DNA of 64,000 bases from Antechinus flavipes. Taxonomy: Eukaryota. Numbering within the stretch: position 1 is the first letter of the stretch; each line of letters opens with the position of its first letter. The stretch lies in the NCBI RefSeq assembly GCF_016432865.1, contig NC_067400.1, forward strand, positions 624,154,001 to 624,218,000, given 5' to 3'. Of this stretch, positions 25,301 through 38,110 are shown in pieces. The position numbers and the translations under genes were made by a program. The notes under the pieces are model-generated. The model did not search any database and was not told where the DNA came from. It was given only the letters and a program-made list of their open reading frames with translations.

Positions 25301-28300
25301 TAGCTCTAGGCCGCCTGTCTCCCGAGGGCGCCCGGAGTGCGCCTCCTCTGGCACAGCGAGGGGGACCCGGCCATCCCCCCTGGCAGCCCCGACCCGGGCC
25401 CCAGCAGGGCTGAATGTGGGTTCTGGGCTCGGCACTTCCAAGCCCGCCCCCGCCGCGTTTCTGACCGGAGGCGGTCCCGGGGGCCGCAGGTGGGCTTGGA
25501 TGGTCCCAGTGCAGGGAGAGCCAGCCCCGCCCTCCCCCCTACAGACCCCAAGGGCAGGGACTGTCTCCAGCTGCCTGGTGTTTGCCCAGGGCTCAGCATC
25601 GGGTCTGACAGATCACAGGCCCTGAATCAATACTGACCAACTCACCCCCAAGGAAAAGCCCATTTCCTGGCCAGCCTCCCCACCCCGGGTCTGCCCCGCC
25701 CCCGCCTCTCGGCAGATGCCCCCACGCCCCCCCCAGCTCCAGCTGCACAGGATGGGGGGATCCGGGGCACCTCGGACTGCAGGGCCCCCTCTCCCAGGCT
25801 TCCCTGTCACTGTGCAGCCGCTCCCGGCGGCCCCCCTCGGCTCTCCCCCGGACCCCGCAGCCATTCAGCCTCCGCTTTCTCACCCCAACGCTGGACGCCG
25901 GCAGCAGCCGGGGGTGCCCCGGGAGCCCCCAGCTGGGTGACCATGGGCAGCGCACTATTTAGGCCCCCAGATCTTCGCCAAGAGCGCCCCAAAGCGAGCC
26001 CCGGAGTCGGGGACTGAGCAGCAGCCGCCAGATGCGGATTGATCTTCCCGCCTCACCTCTCCCCACTGCAGGCCCCCACATCACCCCCCCCTTTTCCTGA
26101 GCCCATTGAGGCCGGGGAGCTCCCAGCCCCTCCCCCCAGCCGCCTGCGGCCCTTCGCGGTCCCTGAGCGAGGGCGGGGGTCTCTGCGTTCCCGGGGGTCT
26201 CTGCGTTCCCGGGGCCCGGCCCTGGACCCCGGACAGATGGAGTTCCATGTTGTGGGGGGTGGCCGGTGCCGGATTTTTCCCACATATATATTTAGCCGAG
26301 GTTTGGTTTGTTTTTTTCCTTTCTCTTTCCCAAAGGGAGGGGGGACAGAAGTTATATTTTTATCTGAAAAACAATCTCACTTTAAAAGGAAAAGCCCTAG
26401 TTTCCAAGCTCAGAAAAGCCGGGATCTCGGCCCCTCGGTTCTGGGCCGAGAAGGAGTCGGGCCGCGGGGGAGGTCGGGAGGCAGTCCGGGCGCTCGCGGC
26501 CGCCGCACAGAAGATCCCGCCGCGGGGACACGCGGGGGCTCGGCCCTGCACGGACCCCCCCCAAACAGAGCCCCGGGGTCTTCCCCTCAGGGGCCGGAGG
26601 AGGCGACCGCTGGTGCTGCCCACCAATGGGAGCCGCCGCGGGCAGAAGCCCGGCGGGGGCGGGCGCTCAGAGGCCCCGCGTGGCCCCGAGATGGCCTTTT
26701 TTACCTTTTATTTAAAGCCCTTTATTTTCAAACCTGCTGCCCGGGTCCCTGCGGTTCCAGAGCTCGGCCGCTGGGGGGCAGGGCGGAGCGTTTCCAAAGC
26801 CAAGTTCGAGGGCTCTCTGGGGGGCGGGTCAGGCTGCGAGGGGAGAGCTCCGTCCCGGCACAGGGGGGCTGTCCCGGCGGAACGGACGCAGCGCCGCCGA
26901 AGCCCTCCTCGGTCAGCCCCGGGCCGCCCGCAGCGGGAGGGGGCCCCGGGGGCGGGGACGTGGGGAGCACGCGTGCTCACTCTCCTCGGCTCGTGGGACC
27001 CCGAAACCTTGGGTCGCTCAGCAAGAAGCCCCGCTGCTATTCTCCCGCAGGGTCGCGCCCTCGGGCGGCCCCCGGCCCCGGGCACTACCCACCGAGTCCT
27101 GAGGGGGCCTGGGGGTCTGCTGCCCCCGGACGCTCCCGCGGACTCACCTTGGACACCGAGTACACGGCCAGAAGGTTCAGCTCCAGCAGCTCCCGGAAGG
27201 CCCGGGAGGACGTCTCTTCCAGAAGCTCCTCCGGGGGGTCTGCGTTAGGTGGGGGGGAGGAGGGGAAGAGAGGTCAGAGGGTTAGGGTCAGAGGGAGAGG
27301 GGTCAGAGGGTTAGGGGTCAGAGGGACAGGCCAAGGTGGAGGAGGGAAGGAGGCAGGGCAGGGGGGCACTCACGGCGTCCCGCGTTGTTCACCACGCAGT
27401 CCAGGCGGCCAAACCGTCGCAGGGTCTCGAAGATCAGGGCCTGCAGCCAGGAGAAAAAGCCTCAGAGCCCGGGAGACTCACCTCGGGTTCAGAGACAGCC
27501 GGGAGAGGGAAGCCCCCAGGACTCAGAAATCCGGGTGGGAGAAATCCCAGAAAAGCATCGACAGAAGCCTCGGATCTGGGGGGATCTAGAGAGGAGCCGG
27601 AGCGGTGGGACTCTGGGGGGCTGAGCGGGTGACTCCCCCTCCCCCGTGGGCATCCGGGGCACTAGCGGAGACCGAGGCTCCCCGGGGGCAGCGACGGCTC
27701 ACCTGCACCTCTGCTTCTCTCGTCACATCGCACTGGATGAAAACGGCCCCTGCAGGCGGCGGGACCAGCCGCAGCTCCTTTTCCAGGGCCCGGCCGCCGG
27801 ACTCTGGGGAGAAAGCAGGGCTGGGAGTCTCCCCAATGGGGGGAAGGAGCCCGAGGCTGAGGGAACGGGGTTCTGGGTGCCCGACAGGCGAGGGGGGGGG
27901 CGCCTGAGCGGGAGGGAAGGGGCTGGGGGCCACTCACCATCTCTGTCGCAGATAATCACTCTGGCGCCATTCTCCACTAGGAGGGAAGAGGTGAGGCTCG
28001 ATTTGCAGCTGGGGGGGGGCTGGAGTTTGGGGCCCAGGGGGCAGGGTTCGGAGGCCTGGCTGCCCCTCGGCAGCTGCCGCGGGTGGCCCCGGACTTTTGC
28101 TCCCCTGCCTCGAGATCAGCATCCCGTGACAGCCAGGGCAAAGGGCAGATTTGGCCTTGGGCACACATTCCGCAGGAGTCTGACCCACCTACAGTCCCGC
28201 CTCCGCAGGACCCTCGGGTGGGACGGCTCACAACAGCAATCCAAGCATCCCCTTCCCTCAAGCCCACCTTAACCATTCCCCGGGGACCCCGACCCACCCC

Positions 28301-28609
28301 CCTACCCCCGGGGACCCCTACCCACACCCCTCGGCACTGGCCCCGGCCTCAGTTTCTCCCTCCAGCCCCGATCGATTCAACCAGAAGCTGCTTCTCTCTA
28401 CCTCAGACTACAACTGGCGCTTACGGCTCCTTGGCGGGAGCCGGGGTCCGCCCGCCCTTCATCCCGGACTGTGGGGGTTCAGGGACGTCCCCTCCAAAGC
28501 CCCCCCCAAATCCAGGCTCACCAAAGGCGCGCACGATGCCGGCGCCAATACCCCGGGCCCCGCCGGTCACCAGCACCACCCGCCCCTGGCTGCAAGGACC
28601 CGAGGCCAT
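22302..28609 (-). CDS. HSD17B14: 17-beta-hydroxysteroid dehydrogenase 14 (SDR), 9 exons, 308 aa
   Basis: Exons 28522-28609, 27938-27976, 27703-27803, 27374-27440, 27148-27239, 23442-23546, 23204-23271, 22660-22756, 22302-22571. Motifs [13 protein letters not shown], catalytic [16 protein letters not shown]; phases consistent. Confidence 0.97.
23638..23842. repeat. About 30-bp minisatellite in HSD17B14 intron 5
   Basis: Unit gtctgtctgtgtgtctgtcccttcctgagg, about 7 copies. Confidence 0.9.
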
Positions 28610-29318
28610 GGAGATGTCCCCGGGAGCTGCGGCCTCACGCCGGAAGAGTGGCGTTCTTGGATGTTGGTCCCTCCGCAACGGCCCGGTTTATAGCCCGAGT
28701 ACTTATTAGCATAGGCTACCCCAGCAGCTCCCGCCCCCTTTAGGGCCAAAGACCCTCAGCCTTGCCCCTTGCCCTTGCCCAAAGACCGCCCCCTCATCCT
28801 TCCCTAGCCCACCACCCTGGGACCCCGCCTCTAACTCCTCCTACTAGGGTCAATAGGACTTTTCCCAGGCCATGCCTCGAGAGACCTATTAGCCTGCTAC
28901 CAGACCCAGCGGGGGCTCCTAAAAGGCCCTTCCAGAGCAAGCCTCATCTGCAGATTAGATTGTCAAAAACTACAGCTCCCATGAGGCCGCACACAGAGGA
29001 GCAAGGCAGGCGACGGAAAACGCCCCACAGCCTCCTGGGAGACGTAGTTTTTGCTTCTAAACGAGCCAGAGAGAGGCGGGTCAGAAAGCGACCCCCAGAG
29101 GAGCTGGGTCAGCTCGCCAGGGAGGTAGACGGCAGGGCACCAGAATGAAAGGCGGACGGAGCCAGGGCCTCAGTGATTACAACGAATTTAATTGAAACTG
29201 GCATAGAAAGGGGGAATGGAGAGATGGAAGGACAGCCTTCTGAGGCACCTCAGGCCCCGCCTCCTGGAGCTTAGCCCCCGCCCCTCTGGCTCCAATTGGG
29301 TGCAGCTCCGCTGGCGTG

Positions 29319-32300
29319 TCAGAAGCTGGACTGGAGTAGTGTAACTCGCAGAGGCCACGCCCCCTCATCTGGCGGAGCCGCCCCTCCCCACGTGGGGGCC
29401 CAAGTGGAGGAGCCTCCTCGGCCCCGCCCCGAGGGAGGTGGAGACCCGACGGGAGGCGATCGGAGGGGCGGAGTCAGCCTGGAGGTGGAGTCGGGAGGGG
29501 CTTCAGGGCTTCGACCTGGAGGGAATTGAGCAGATGAGTCAAAATCGCTTGCTCACGACCAGGACCGGCCGGATACCCAGCTCTCTCTCCTTTCCGGACC
29601 CAGGAGTCCCGGGTACTCGGTCCCCTGCTATGTCCCGGTCCCAGGAGTCCTGGCTACCCAGTCCCTCTCCTTCTGGGACCCAGGAGTCGGAAGCCAATGA
29701 TTCCTGTTCACAGCCATCTGTGGATCTGGAGCTTCCCTAACTAGTTCCCACGAGGGGCCGGTCTCCCCTTTTCCCAGGCCCTGACCTGTGACAAACTTAT
29801 GCCAGTGTGAAGCCTCGGTCGCCAGAGCCTGGGACAGGCTGAGGACCCTTTCCCGATGTCCTTCAGGGGCCGGGAGGTAGGGCCGGGGACTCCTAGAGCT
29901 GGGAGAGTGGGGAGCAGTCAGAGCTTCGAGGCCCGTCTGGCTCTCCACGCTGCCCGGCCAAGCCCGCAGCCAAGGCGACTATTAATTCGGATGCCCGGAC
30001 TCCTGCCGGGCTTCCAAGAAAGCCTGCAACTCTTTACACCCCCAGTATGAATTGGGGGAATGGAGGGGAGGGGTGCGGAGAGAGCCGGGATCTACCCAGG
30101 GTGACAAAGTTGACAAAGCCAAAAGTTGAACGTGCACTCCAGATTCAGGCCCCCCCTCCCCCGCCCCCCGTCTCTCCCAGCAGACTGCCAGCTTTAGGGA
30201 AACAGGCCTTTCCCACTCTTGCTTCGTATCCCCAAGTCTGGAATATAGTAAGAGCCTAATCCGTGAGGCGTTTTACCACCGACCCAGGACGAAGTCAGCC
30301 GTATTGCCTTTCCCCGGCAGAAAGGATTGTGGGAGAGTGGGCGCTAAAGCTTTTATAGGGAGAAGAGGCTCGTACAAGTCATCAAGTCCAACTCTGCCTT
30401 CAGTTTGCTGAGGGGGAAACTGAGGCCCAGGGAAGGGACCATCATACAGCGATTGCAAGAGGGCAGAGGCTCCAGGAGAAGGCCTGGGTGCCGGGGGCCG
30501 CTGAGATCTTCCTCTCAGCCCCAATTCTTACCTGCTCCAGGACCCGGAGCTCCGGACCCACTGCTGAAGAGCCCCTGTGGGACCCACGGAGTCCAGGAGA
30601 GGCTGAGGGAAGAGAAGCCAGAGAAAATCACGGGGTCTCTAGAGGCTGACTCCGGGCCGGTCCCTCCCAGCTGCAGCTCCCTTGGCCTTTCCCCTGACCC
30701 CGCCCAGACTACTCCAAGCAACCCGGGACTCTGGCTCACCCCCTCTCTCTCGCATGCAGGCTCCAGCTGCCTGCGCACCGCTACAGGGCGCACGGTCTGC
30801 CCCCCCGGAGACAGAGGCCGGAGCCTCAGCCTCCCTGCCTCCTGGTGCCTCCGCATCCTCTCCAGCTGCTCCTGGGCGCTCATCCGGACCCGGGAAGCCG
30901 CAGCCTGCGCAAGGGGGCGGGAACCCCTCAGGAGCCAGGAATTCCGTGGCAGAGAGGGAGCTGGCAGTTGAGGGCAATCAGCCCTTTGATGGGCCCGGCC
31001 ATGGCCCTGCGACCACTCCCAGTGGCAGAGCCAGGACCCTACTCCTCACCCCTTACACCCCGGGCCCAGCAGCTCCGCCGCAGCCTGGGCTCCCCCGGGC
31101 TCCTACCTTAGGCCCAGGTGCGGGTGGTGGGGATGGCGATGGGGCGGGGGGTGGAGAGCACTGGCCATCTGGGCTCTGGGCCCGGGAAGAGCTGGGTGAT
31201 CCAGGACCTGGAGGGAGTTGAGGAGGGCTGTAGGGGCCTGAAGAGGGGGGGGGACCCCTTCTAAAGGGCCTCTCTCACCTGGCAGGGCGGCAGGCCCCTC
31301 TCCGTCTCCATCCCTCTGGGCACGGCCCCAGCTCGGATCCCCCAGGCCGGCCAACGTGTCCTCCACCATCCACAGCTGCTGCTGGGCAGAGACCCTGGAC
31401 TGGAAGGGGCGGAGAGGAGAGAAGCTTAGGCGGGAGGGGCGAGGAGCCGGGGGCGCAGGCAGGCAGGGGGTCATGGGACCGTACCTGAGGAGACCCCAGG
31501 TGAAGCAGATCCTCCAGGGTCTCTCGCAGAGTCCCCAGCTCCTGCTCCAGGCCGCTGTAGGTGTCCCACACCCGCTCTCTTTCCTGCAAGGGCAGGAAAT
31601 GCCGGGAGACAAGGGGTGAGGCTGCAGCCTCCCCTGCTCCCATTTCCCAGCTTTGGCTCCTGAGGCCGGTTTTGCCAGAAGGCAGAGGGGGGGAGGGGCA
31701 GAAAGGACTACATTTCCCATGAGGATGGTGGAAGGCCTCAGAGTGGGGGGGGGGGCCCTCACCTGAGTCAGGTGGCAGAGGGCGGCTCTGACGCCCACCA
31801 GGCGGTCCTGCAGAAGCCGAAGGCGCCCCCAGGCTCTGCCTCCCGGCCCGGGCTCCCCCACAGCCCTGCGGGTGAGTTCCAGGGCCGCCTCCAGTCGCTC
31901 CTGCCCTCGAGGAAGGGTGATGCTCGGAGGGGCTGTGGGAAGCCATCCTCCCGGTGCCCCCACCCCTCAAACTCCACCTCCTGCCCTTGGCTGCTGTGCC
32001 CCCTGACCCCAGCTCCCGCTCTCTCCCCATCCCGGCCTGCTCCGGGCTCTCAGTGCCCTCCCCCCAGCCCCTCACAGTGGCCCCGCCCTGGCTTAGCGCC
32101 CCCCTTCCCCCCCTGCTCTCAGCGGCCCGCCCCCCACCTTCTCCTCCTGGCTCTTGGCCATTTCCTCCGTCAGCCTCCTCAGGAGCCTGTCCTGCCCGCA
32201 GAGTTTGGTCAGCAGCACCTGCGGGCCGAGAGCGAGAGAGCCGGCGCAAGTCTCCGCGTCTCCCCGGAACCCAGCCCGAGGTGGGGAAGCAGCCCGGCCC

Positions 32301-35300
32301 CCCGCGGCCCGCCCCCTCCGCGGCGCAAGCCCCCCCCACTCACGTCGGTGTCCTCGCTGCGGTGCAGGGCGGGGTCCAGCATGGGGCCGGGCGGGGGCTG
32401 AGGATGCTGCAGAGGGAACCGGGTGAGCGGCCGCCTTCGGGCCCCTCCCCCTTTCGGGGTCCCCCCCCGCGCCCCCAAGGGTCACACAACGTGGCTCCGA
32501 GGTGAGGGGCGGCCACCTACCAACGAGGCCGCGGAGCCCCGACTTCCTGAGGCCCGGGGGACAGCTGCGGATAGCCAGACGCTGCCTGTGGGGACAGGAG
32601 CAAGCGCTGGGGGCGGGCTCAGCGCCCCCTTCCGGTCAGCTCCCGGAGGGCAGGGCGGCGCCTCCGCAGGGCTGGGCTAAGCACTTTGGGGAGCCAAGGG
32701 AGGCTCACGGGGGTCTCCCGCCTTTCAGGGGTCAGAGCCGGACTCAGGGAGGGGCATCGCTCAGGCTCACTGCGAGTGGAAGGAGCCTCAGGGGCCGTGG
32801 GGTGCTCGGAAGGGAGCTTCGGTCTCTCCCACTAGGGGGCGACCTGGCCGCCACTTCTGTGAACCTGCGGGAGCCAAGGACTGTCCCGGAGCTCCGGGGG
32901 CCCCAGGCGGGCGTCGGGCTCCGGGCCCCAGGCGGGCGTCGGGCTCCGGGGGCCCCAGGCGGGCGGCCGTCTCTGATGTCCCCGTCCTCTCCAGAAGTGC
33001 CATCGGCCCGCCCCCGGGCTGACTGGGGACCCACAGGAGACCGCCCCGCGAGCTTGGCCGTGGACTACCCCCCCCTTTTGCTCCGTTATCCCCGCTTAGT
33101 CCCGTGACCTAGGGAGCCCCAAGTCCTCTGGACGAAGGCGTTCTCCGCCCGCTAGGGTCACTCACCTTGGCCCTGAGGTCAGCGGCCCAATGCTGGGGGC
33201 TCCTGGGCGGTCTCGATGCCCCTGTGTCCGACGGCGGTGCCCGTCGGGGAGTGGGGGGGCGGGACAAGGTTCTCGAGGCGGGGGCCCACTCGGGGAAGGG
33301 CCGGACGTCGATCCGGCTCAGGGGGGTGTGGGGCCGGGCGTCTCCCCCCGCCAGAGCATTGGGACGGTGGGCAGGGGCTGAGCGCGGCCGGGGGAGGCCC
33401 AGGGGCGATGGGGGGCGGGAGAAGGGAGAGAACAGCCTAGGGGAGAAAGGGGAAGGAGGCTTCCTGAGACTGGGAGCCCCTCCTCCGCACCCCTCGCCCA
33501 TCCCCCTCCCCAACACTCACTCCGGACTCCTTGCCCTCGCTCTGCTCCTCTGCTGCGGGAGCCCGGGGGGAGGGCTGGGGGTGAGCTCCCTGCGCCTGTC
33601 GGAGATCCTGGCCACCTCCAAGGACTCGGCGCTGCGGCCCTCATCGCCGCTTCCCACCTCGGGCGGCCCCCCGGGGCCACAGGGACCTTCTCCAGCCGGG
33701 GGCCCAGCGGGTGGGGGCTGGGGGCCACTGCGCGGAGAGAGACGACAGACGGAGGGGGCTCTGAGCCCGGCCGCTGCGCCTGGCCCTCAGCTGCGGGCCA
33801 GTGGCCTCTGTGGACCCGAAAGGCCGGGTCTGCCGGGTCACGGCCACTCCCACTCATGATCCCGACCCCCCTGGGGCTCCCCGGCTTCTGGGACAAACTC
33901 GTGTCCCCTGGGTGGCCCCGGGGCCAGAGCGGAGAGAGCCTCCCGCTTCCGTCTCTCTCCTCCTTTGTGCCAGTCAAACCGACCACTAGGTGGAGCAGTG
34001 GAGTGCGGCCCTGGACCGAATCCGAGCACGGAGCTCCACCTGTGACCCTGGGCGAGTCATTTTGCCCCTCCCTGCCTCAGTTTCCTTATCTGTGAAAGGG
34101 GGGTCATAGCAGTACCTCCTGTGTTTTGAGGGTTTGCTTTGAGGATCTTAAAGTGCTCTCTAAATGCGCGCTGGTTATTATCATCATGGTCCAACGGGGA
34201 GGGGAGGGGGGGAGGGGAGGGCAGCCCGGGACCAGTCCCCAGAGTAGGGATGGACGGGGCGGTCAGGGGCATCCGGGAGGGCTTCCAGGAGGAGGCGGAG
34301 TGGGAAGGGAGCCTTGGCGGGAGGAGGAGGGGCATTCCAGCTGGGGAGAGGGGAAGTGGCTACACCGGCCACATACATTCGCTACAGGGCGCTCACGTGC
34401 GCACACGGGTACATGCAAGTGTGCCCTCATGCACTCATACACGCGGACGCGCAAACCCCATGTGCCATGCGCGTGCTGATCAAACACGCGTGCGCACTCA
34501 TGCACTCACACACTGGTGCGCGCTCAGCGCACAAGGAGACGCAGATGGGCGCGCACACAGCAGCGCGTCATGTCCTCACACCTATGACCACAACAGGCGC
34601 GTGCAGTCTTAGCTGCACACACGCAGCTACGCGCACACACGCTCGCACATTTGCATACACTCCGTGCAAACACGCATGTGCTCACACGCCCCCGGCACAC
34701 CCAACCCCCGCCCCCCCAGGGCTGTGACTGGCCGCGCTGTCGCCCCGCCCCCGCCGGGCTCCCCACTCAGACTGAGGCAGAGCCTTTCAGTAACCTAGAG
34801 CCTCAGTCTCCTCATCTGTATCATGAGGGGAGGAGGAGACGGCCTCCGGGGCGGCTTTAGATGCCGGACCTGGGGCAGCGAGGGGGCGTCGGACCGCCCG
34901 GGCCCCGTTTAAATGACTTCAGTGCTGTGTGACCCTAGGCGGTCCCTCGCTCTCTCTGCCTCGGTTTCCCGTCGAACAATACAAGTCTGGAGGAGCTTCG
35001 CATTGTGGGGGAGGCAGGGGCAGGGCGGACGGGGCAGAGCCCCCGAGGAGCTGGGCTCCGGTGGCCATGATCCCGCCCCCACTTACTAGTCATCGCCCTC
35101 AGCTCGGGTGGCGCGGCCCAGCGCCCGCAGCCACCCTCGGAGGTCCTCCACGGTGTCGGCAGCCAGGACGTAGGTCCTCATGCCAGGGTGCTCGGCCTGG
35201 GGAGGGGGAGGACCACCGTGGGCATCCAGGCATCTGGGCCCCGAGGGGGCACGAGGCCGAAGGGGGAGGGGCCGGGCGGGGCCCCCAAGGGGGCACGGGC

Positions 35301-36767
35301 ATCCTCGGCACAGTCCCTGCCATTACATGGTGGGGGAGGGGGCTCACAAGTACTGAACCAACAGATAGCAGGGTGAATAAGAGGGGGAGGGGCGGGAGCC
35401 AGGAGCTGGAGCAGTGGGTATGGGGTTCCAGGGGGCTTTTGGGGGACCCCAGGACACTCTAACTCACAGTGAAAGTGTAGCGGCGCCCCCGGGGGGCTCC
35501 GGGGCCATCGGGCCGGACGCTGTAGCTGGGGAGAGGGACACTGCCCAGGACACTCTCCTCCCGGCTGTCTGCAGGGGGATCAAGGGTCAGGGGGCACTGG
35601 CAAAGGTCTCTCCATCCCCACCCGACCCACCCGTAGACACTGACCCTTGTAATAGAAGAGGCAGTGGCCAGACAGGACAAACCAGCGCCGCTTCCACAGC
35701 CGCAGGCCCGAGCTGTCCTGGGGGGACCGGAGGCGCCCGTCTCAGGGGGGGCAGGTAGGGACATGGGGAGAGGGGGGTAGAGGGACGGGGAGACAGAGGG
35801 ACAGTGGGGGGCAGAGGGACAATGGGGGGCAGTGGAGGAGACAGGGAGGAGGGATACAGGGCGGCCGGCAGGTGGAGCTGGGGAGCCAGCAGGCCTGGGG
35901 GGAGCCGAGGCTGGCGCTGCCCTGCCCAGATAGAGGGGGCTGGGGCGCTATGACAGCGGGGGGGAGGGGGAGCAGCGTACCTGCTTATGCAGCCAGCCCC
36001 GGATGTGCACAGGCAGGTTGGGGTCCCTACGCAGGGAGCTCCCCCTTTTCCCAAAGGCATGGACTCGGCTGACCGCCCGGGGGGGCTGGAGGAGACACAG
36101 GCGGGGGCTGTCTGGGGGCCCTGAAAGGCTCCATTGTAGGGGAAGCCCTTGGCCCCCTCCCCCTCATTGGGCCGGCCCGGAGGCGGCTCCCCAGAGTGAC
36201 TCTGCTCTCCCGGGAGGGCAGCCCAGGGGCCAAGGGGGGTGGGGAGGCGCAGGGCTCCTTCCTCCAGGCCCGGCCCGAGACTATTACAAGGACTTCCTCT
36301 GGGCCCAGCTCTGTGCTGGGGGTGTGGCCCTCACCTGGCAGGCAGGAACCGGGGCCTGGCCCCTGCCCTCCCAGCCCTCCCCCTCCGGTCCTTCCAGCCA
36401 TACCCCCCCCAGCCCTCCCAGCCCCCCCCTCCCAACTCCCAACCCCCCCCCCCCGCCCTCCTGGGGCTTCCATTCTGCTCAGGCTGGCTCCCACGGGCAG
36501 ATGCTCCTGGACTCCCCCTTGCAGAGGAAGAAAAGGCAGGGTGGCTCGAAGGGTGGGGAAAGAGTATAGAAAGGAGAAGCCGGGGACTCTTGCAGAGTTG
36601 GTGCCCTCGGCATCCCGGGGACCGCCGGACCCCATCCCCGTCCCGGGGGGAGGGGGGCTTCCACGACCGTCTGTCCCCGGCATCACCTTGGTGCTGAGGC
36701 TGACGGAGGACACGGTGGACACGCTGCTGGCCAAGCTGAGGCTGCTTCGGGGCCTACCCTCCTCCAT
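29319..36767 (-). CDS. PLEKHA4: Pleckstrin homology domain-containing A4 (PEPP1); apparent 1-nt frameshifts as assembled
   Basis: Exons 36687-36767, 35981-36085, 35645-35717, 35468-35568, 35087-35196, 33521-33727, 33166-33436, 32521-32585, 32344-32406, 32138-32218, 31763-31900, 31485-31583, 31279-31399, 31107-31237, 30740-30904, 30532-30574, 29786-29898, 29319-29515. PH domain (GWLHKQDSSGLRLWKRRWFVLS), coiled coil, C-terminal WPLRVTLLQSSF. ATTAAA at 29187-29192. Confidence 0.95.
33990..34190 (+). mobile_element. MIR-family SINE
   Basis: gtgaccctgggcgagtca...cctcagtttccttatctgtgaaa...aaagtgct core and tail. Confidence 0.75.
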
Positions 36768-37329
36768 GTCGGGGCCACTTGGAGGTTCCGAGGAGGGCGC
36801 CCAGGCAGGGTCGGTGACCCCCGCGGGGGGGAGGCTGAGGAGAAAGGCCTCCTTGTGTGAGAGGGAGAGGAAGGGGGAAGAGCCGGGGCTGGGGGTGGCC
36901 CGGGCCCCCTGCCACATACCGAGGGGCAGTGCCAGGGGGTGGGCGGCTGCAGCAGCTGCTGGGGGGAGGCCAGAGAAAAGAGGCCTCTTTATGCCCGGCC
37001 CACCCCCTTGGGGCCAAGAATCTGCCCCTCCCTTTGTGCTTCGGGCTCCTTCCCACCCCTTAGCCCGGCTGCTCTTGTAACCTGAGCCCCCTCCTCCCCA
37101 GTCCCATCAAACATAGCAACCCCCCATGCAGACGGGACCGGGGCCATCTCTGCCCCCTGCTGTCCCCTGGTCTGGAAACTTACCAGGGCCTCCAGATGAG
37201 GGGAGTGGGAGAGCCTGGCCCCGACCACCTGGCCTTCCAAACTTGGCGTTCTCGGCCTCTCTGCCTCGGCTCCCCCTGTCCCTCTGCCTCCTCTCTCTGT
37301 TTCTGTCCCTCCCTGTTGCCTGTTTCTCC

Positions 37330-38110
37330 GGCTCTGTTATCTGTCTGTGCTGTTTTTCTGAATCATTTGTCTCTTTCTTCCCTTGTTTCTGTCTTCCTCA
37401 TATCTTTGTCTTTCTTTCCTTGTTCCCTTCTTTCTCGTCTTGTTTTCTCTCTCTCTCTCTCTTTCTCTCTCCCCCCCTCCGTCTCTCCTCTCTCTCTCTC
37501 TCCCCTTCCCTCCTCTCTGGCTCTTCCTCCCTCTTTCCTTCTCTCTCCTCCCTTTCCCTCTTCTTTCTCTTCCTCCTCTTCTCTTTCTCCTTTCGCTTTC
37601 TCTTCCTCACCTTTTCTCTTTTTCTCTTCCTTCCTCTCCTCTTTCTCTTCCTCCTCTTCTCTTTCTCCTTTCTTTCTCACTCCCCTTTTCTCTTTCTTCT
37701 TTGTCTCCCTCTCTTCTTTTTCTCTTCCTCCCTCCCTCTTTTCTCTCCTTTCTCTCTTTTTTGTCTCTTCCTTCCTCTCTTCTCTCTTCCTCCCTTTCTT
37801 CTCTCCTGTCCCTTCCTCTCTCCCTCTCTTATCTCTCTTCCTCCCTCCCTCTCTTCTCTCTCCTCTCCCTTCCTCTTTTCTTTCTCTTCCTCCCTCCCTC
37901 TCTTCTCTCTCCTTTCTTTCTTTGTCTCTTCCTCCCTCCCTCTCTTCTCTCTCCTTTCTCTCTTTTTTGTCTCTTCCTTCCTCTCTTCCCTCCTTCTGTC
38001 CCTTCCTCTCCTATCTGTCCCTCCCTCCTCTGCCTCTCCCCTTCTCCTCCTCCTCCTCTCTTTCTCTATACCTCCCTCTGTCCCCGCTTCCGTCTCGTTC
38101 TCTCTGTCCA
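37330..38110. repeat. CT-rich low-complexity tract
   Basis: Near-pure pyrimidine strand 5' of the first PLEKHA4 coding exon. Confidence 0.9.

Noticed and set aside
25625-25640. ONECUT/HNF6-like AATCAATA plus a nuclear-receptor half site in HSD17B14 intron 5
   Set aside because: Isolated short motifs with no clustering; not supportable as an enhancer from sequence alone.
26039-27589. 516-aa and 380-aa plus-strand ORFs in HSD17B14 introns
   Set aside because: No domain signature, non-ATG or weak starts; explained by extreme GC content.
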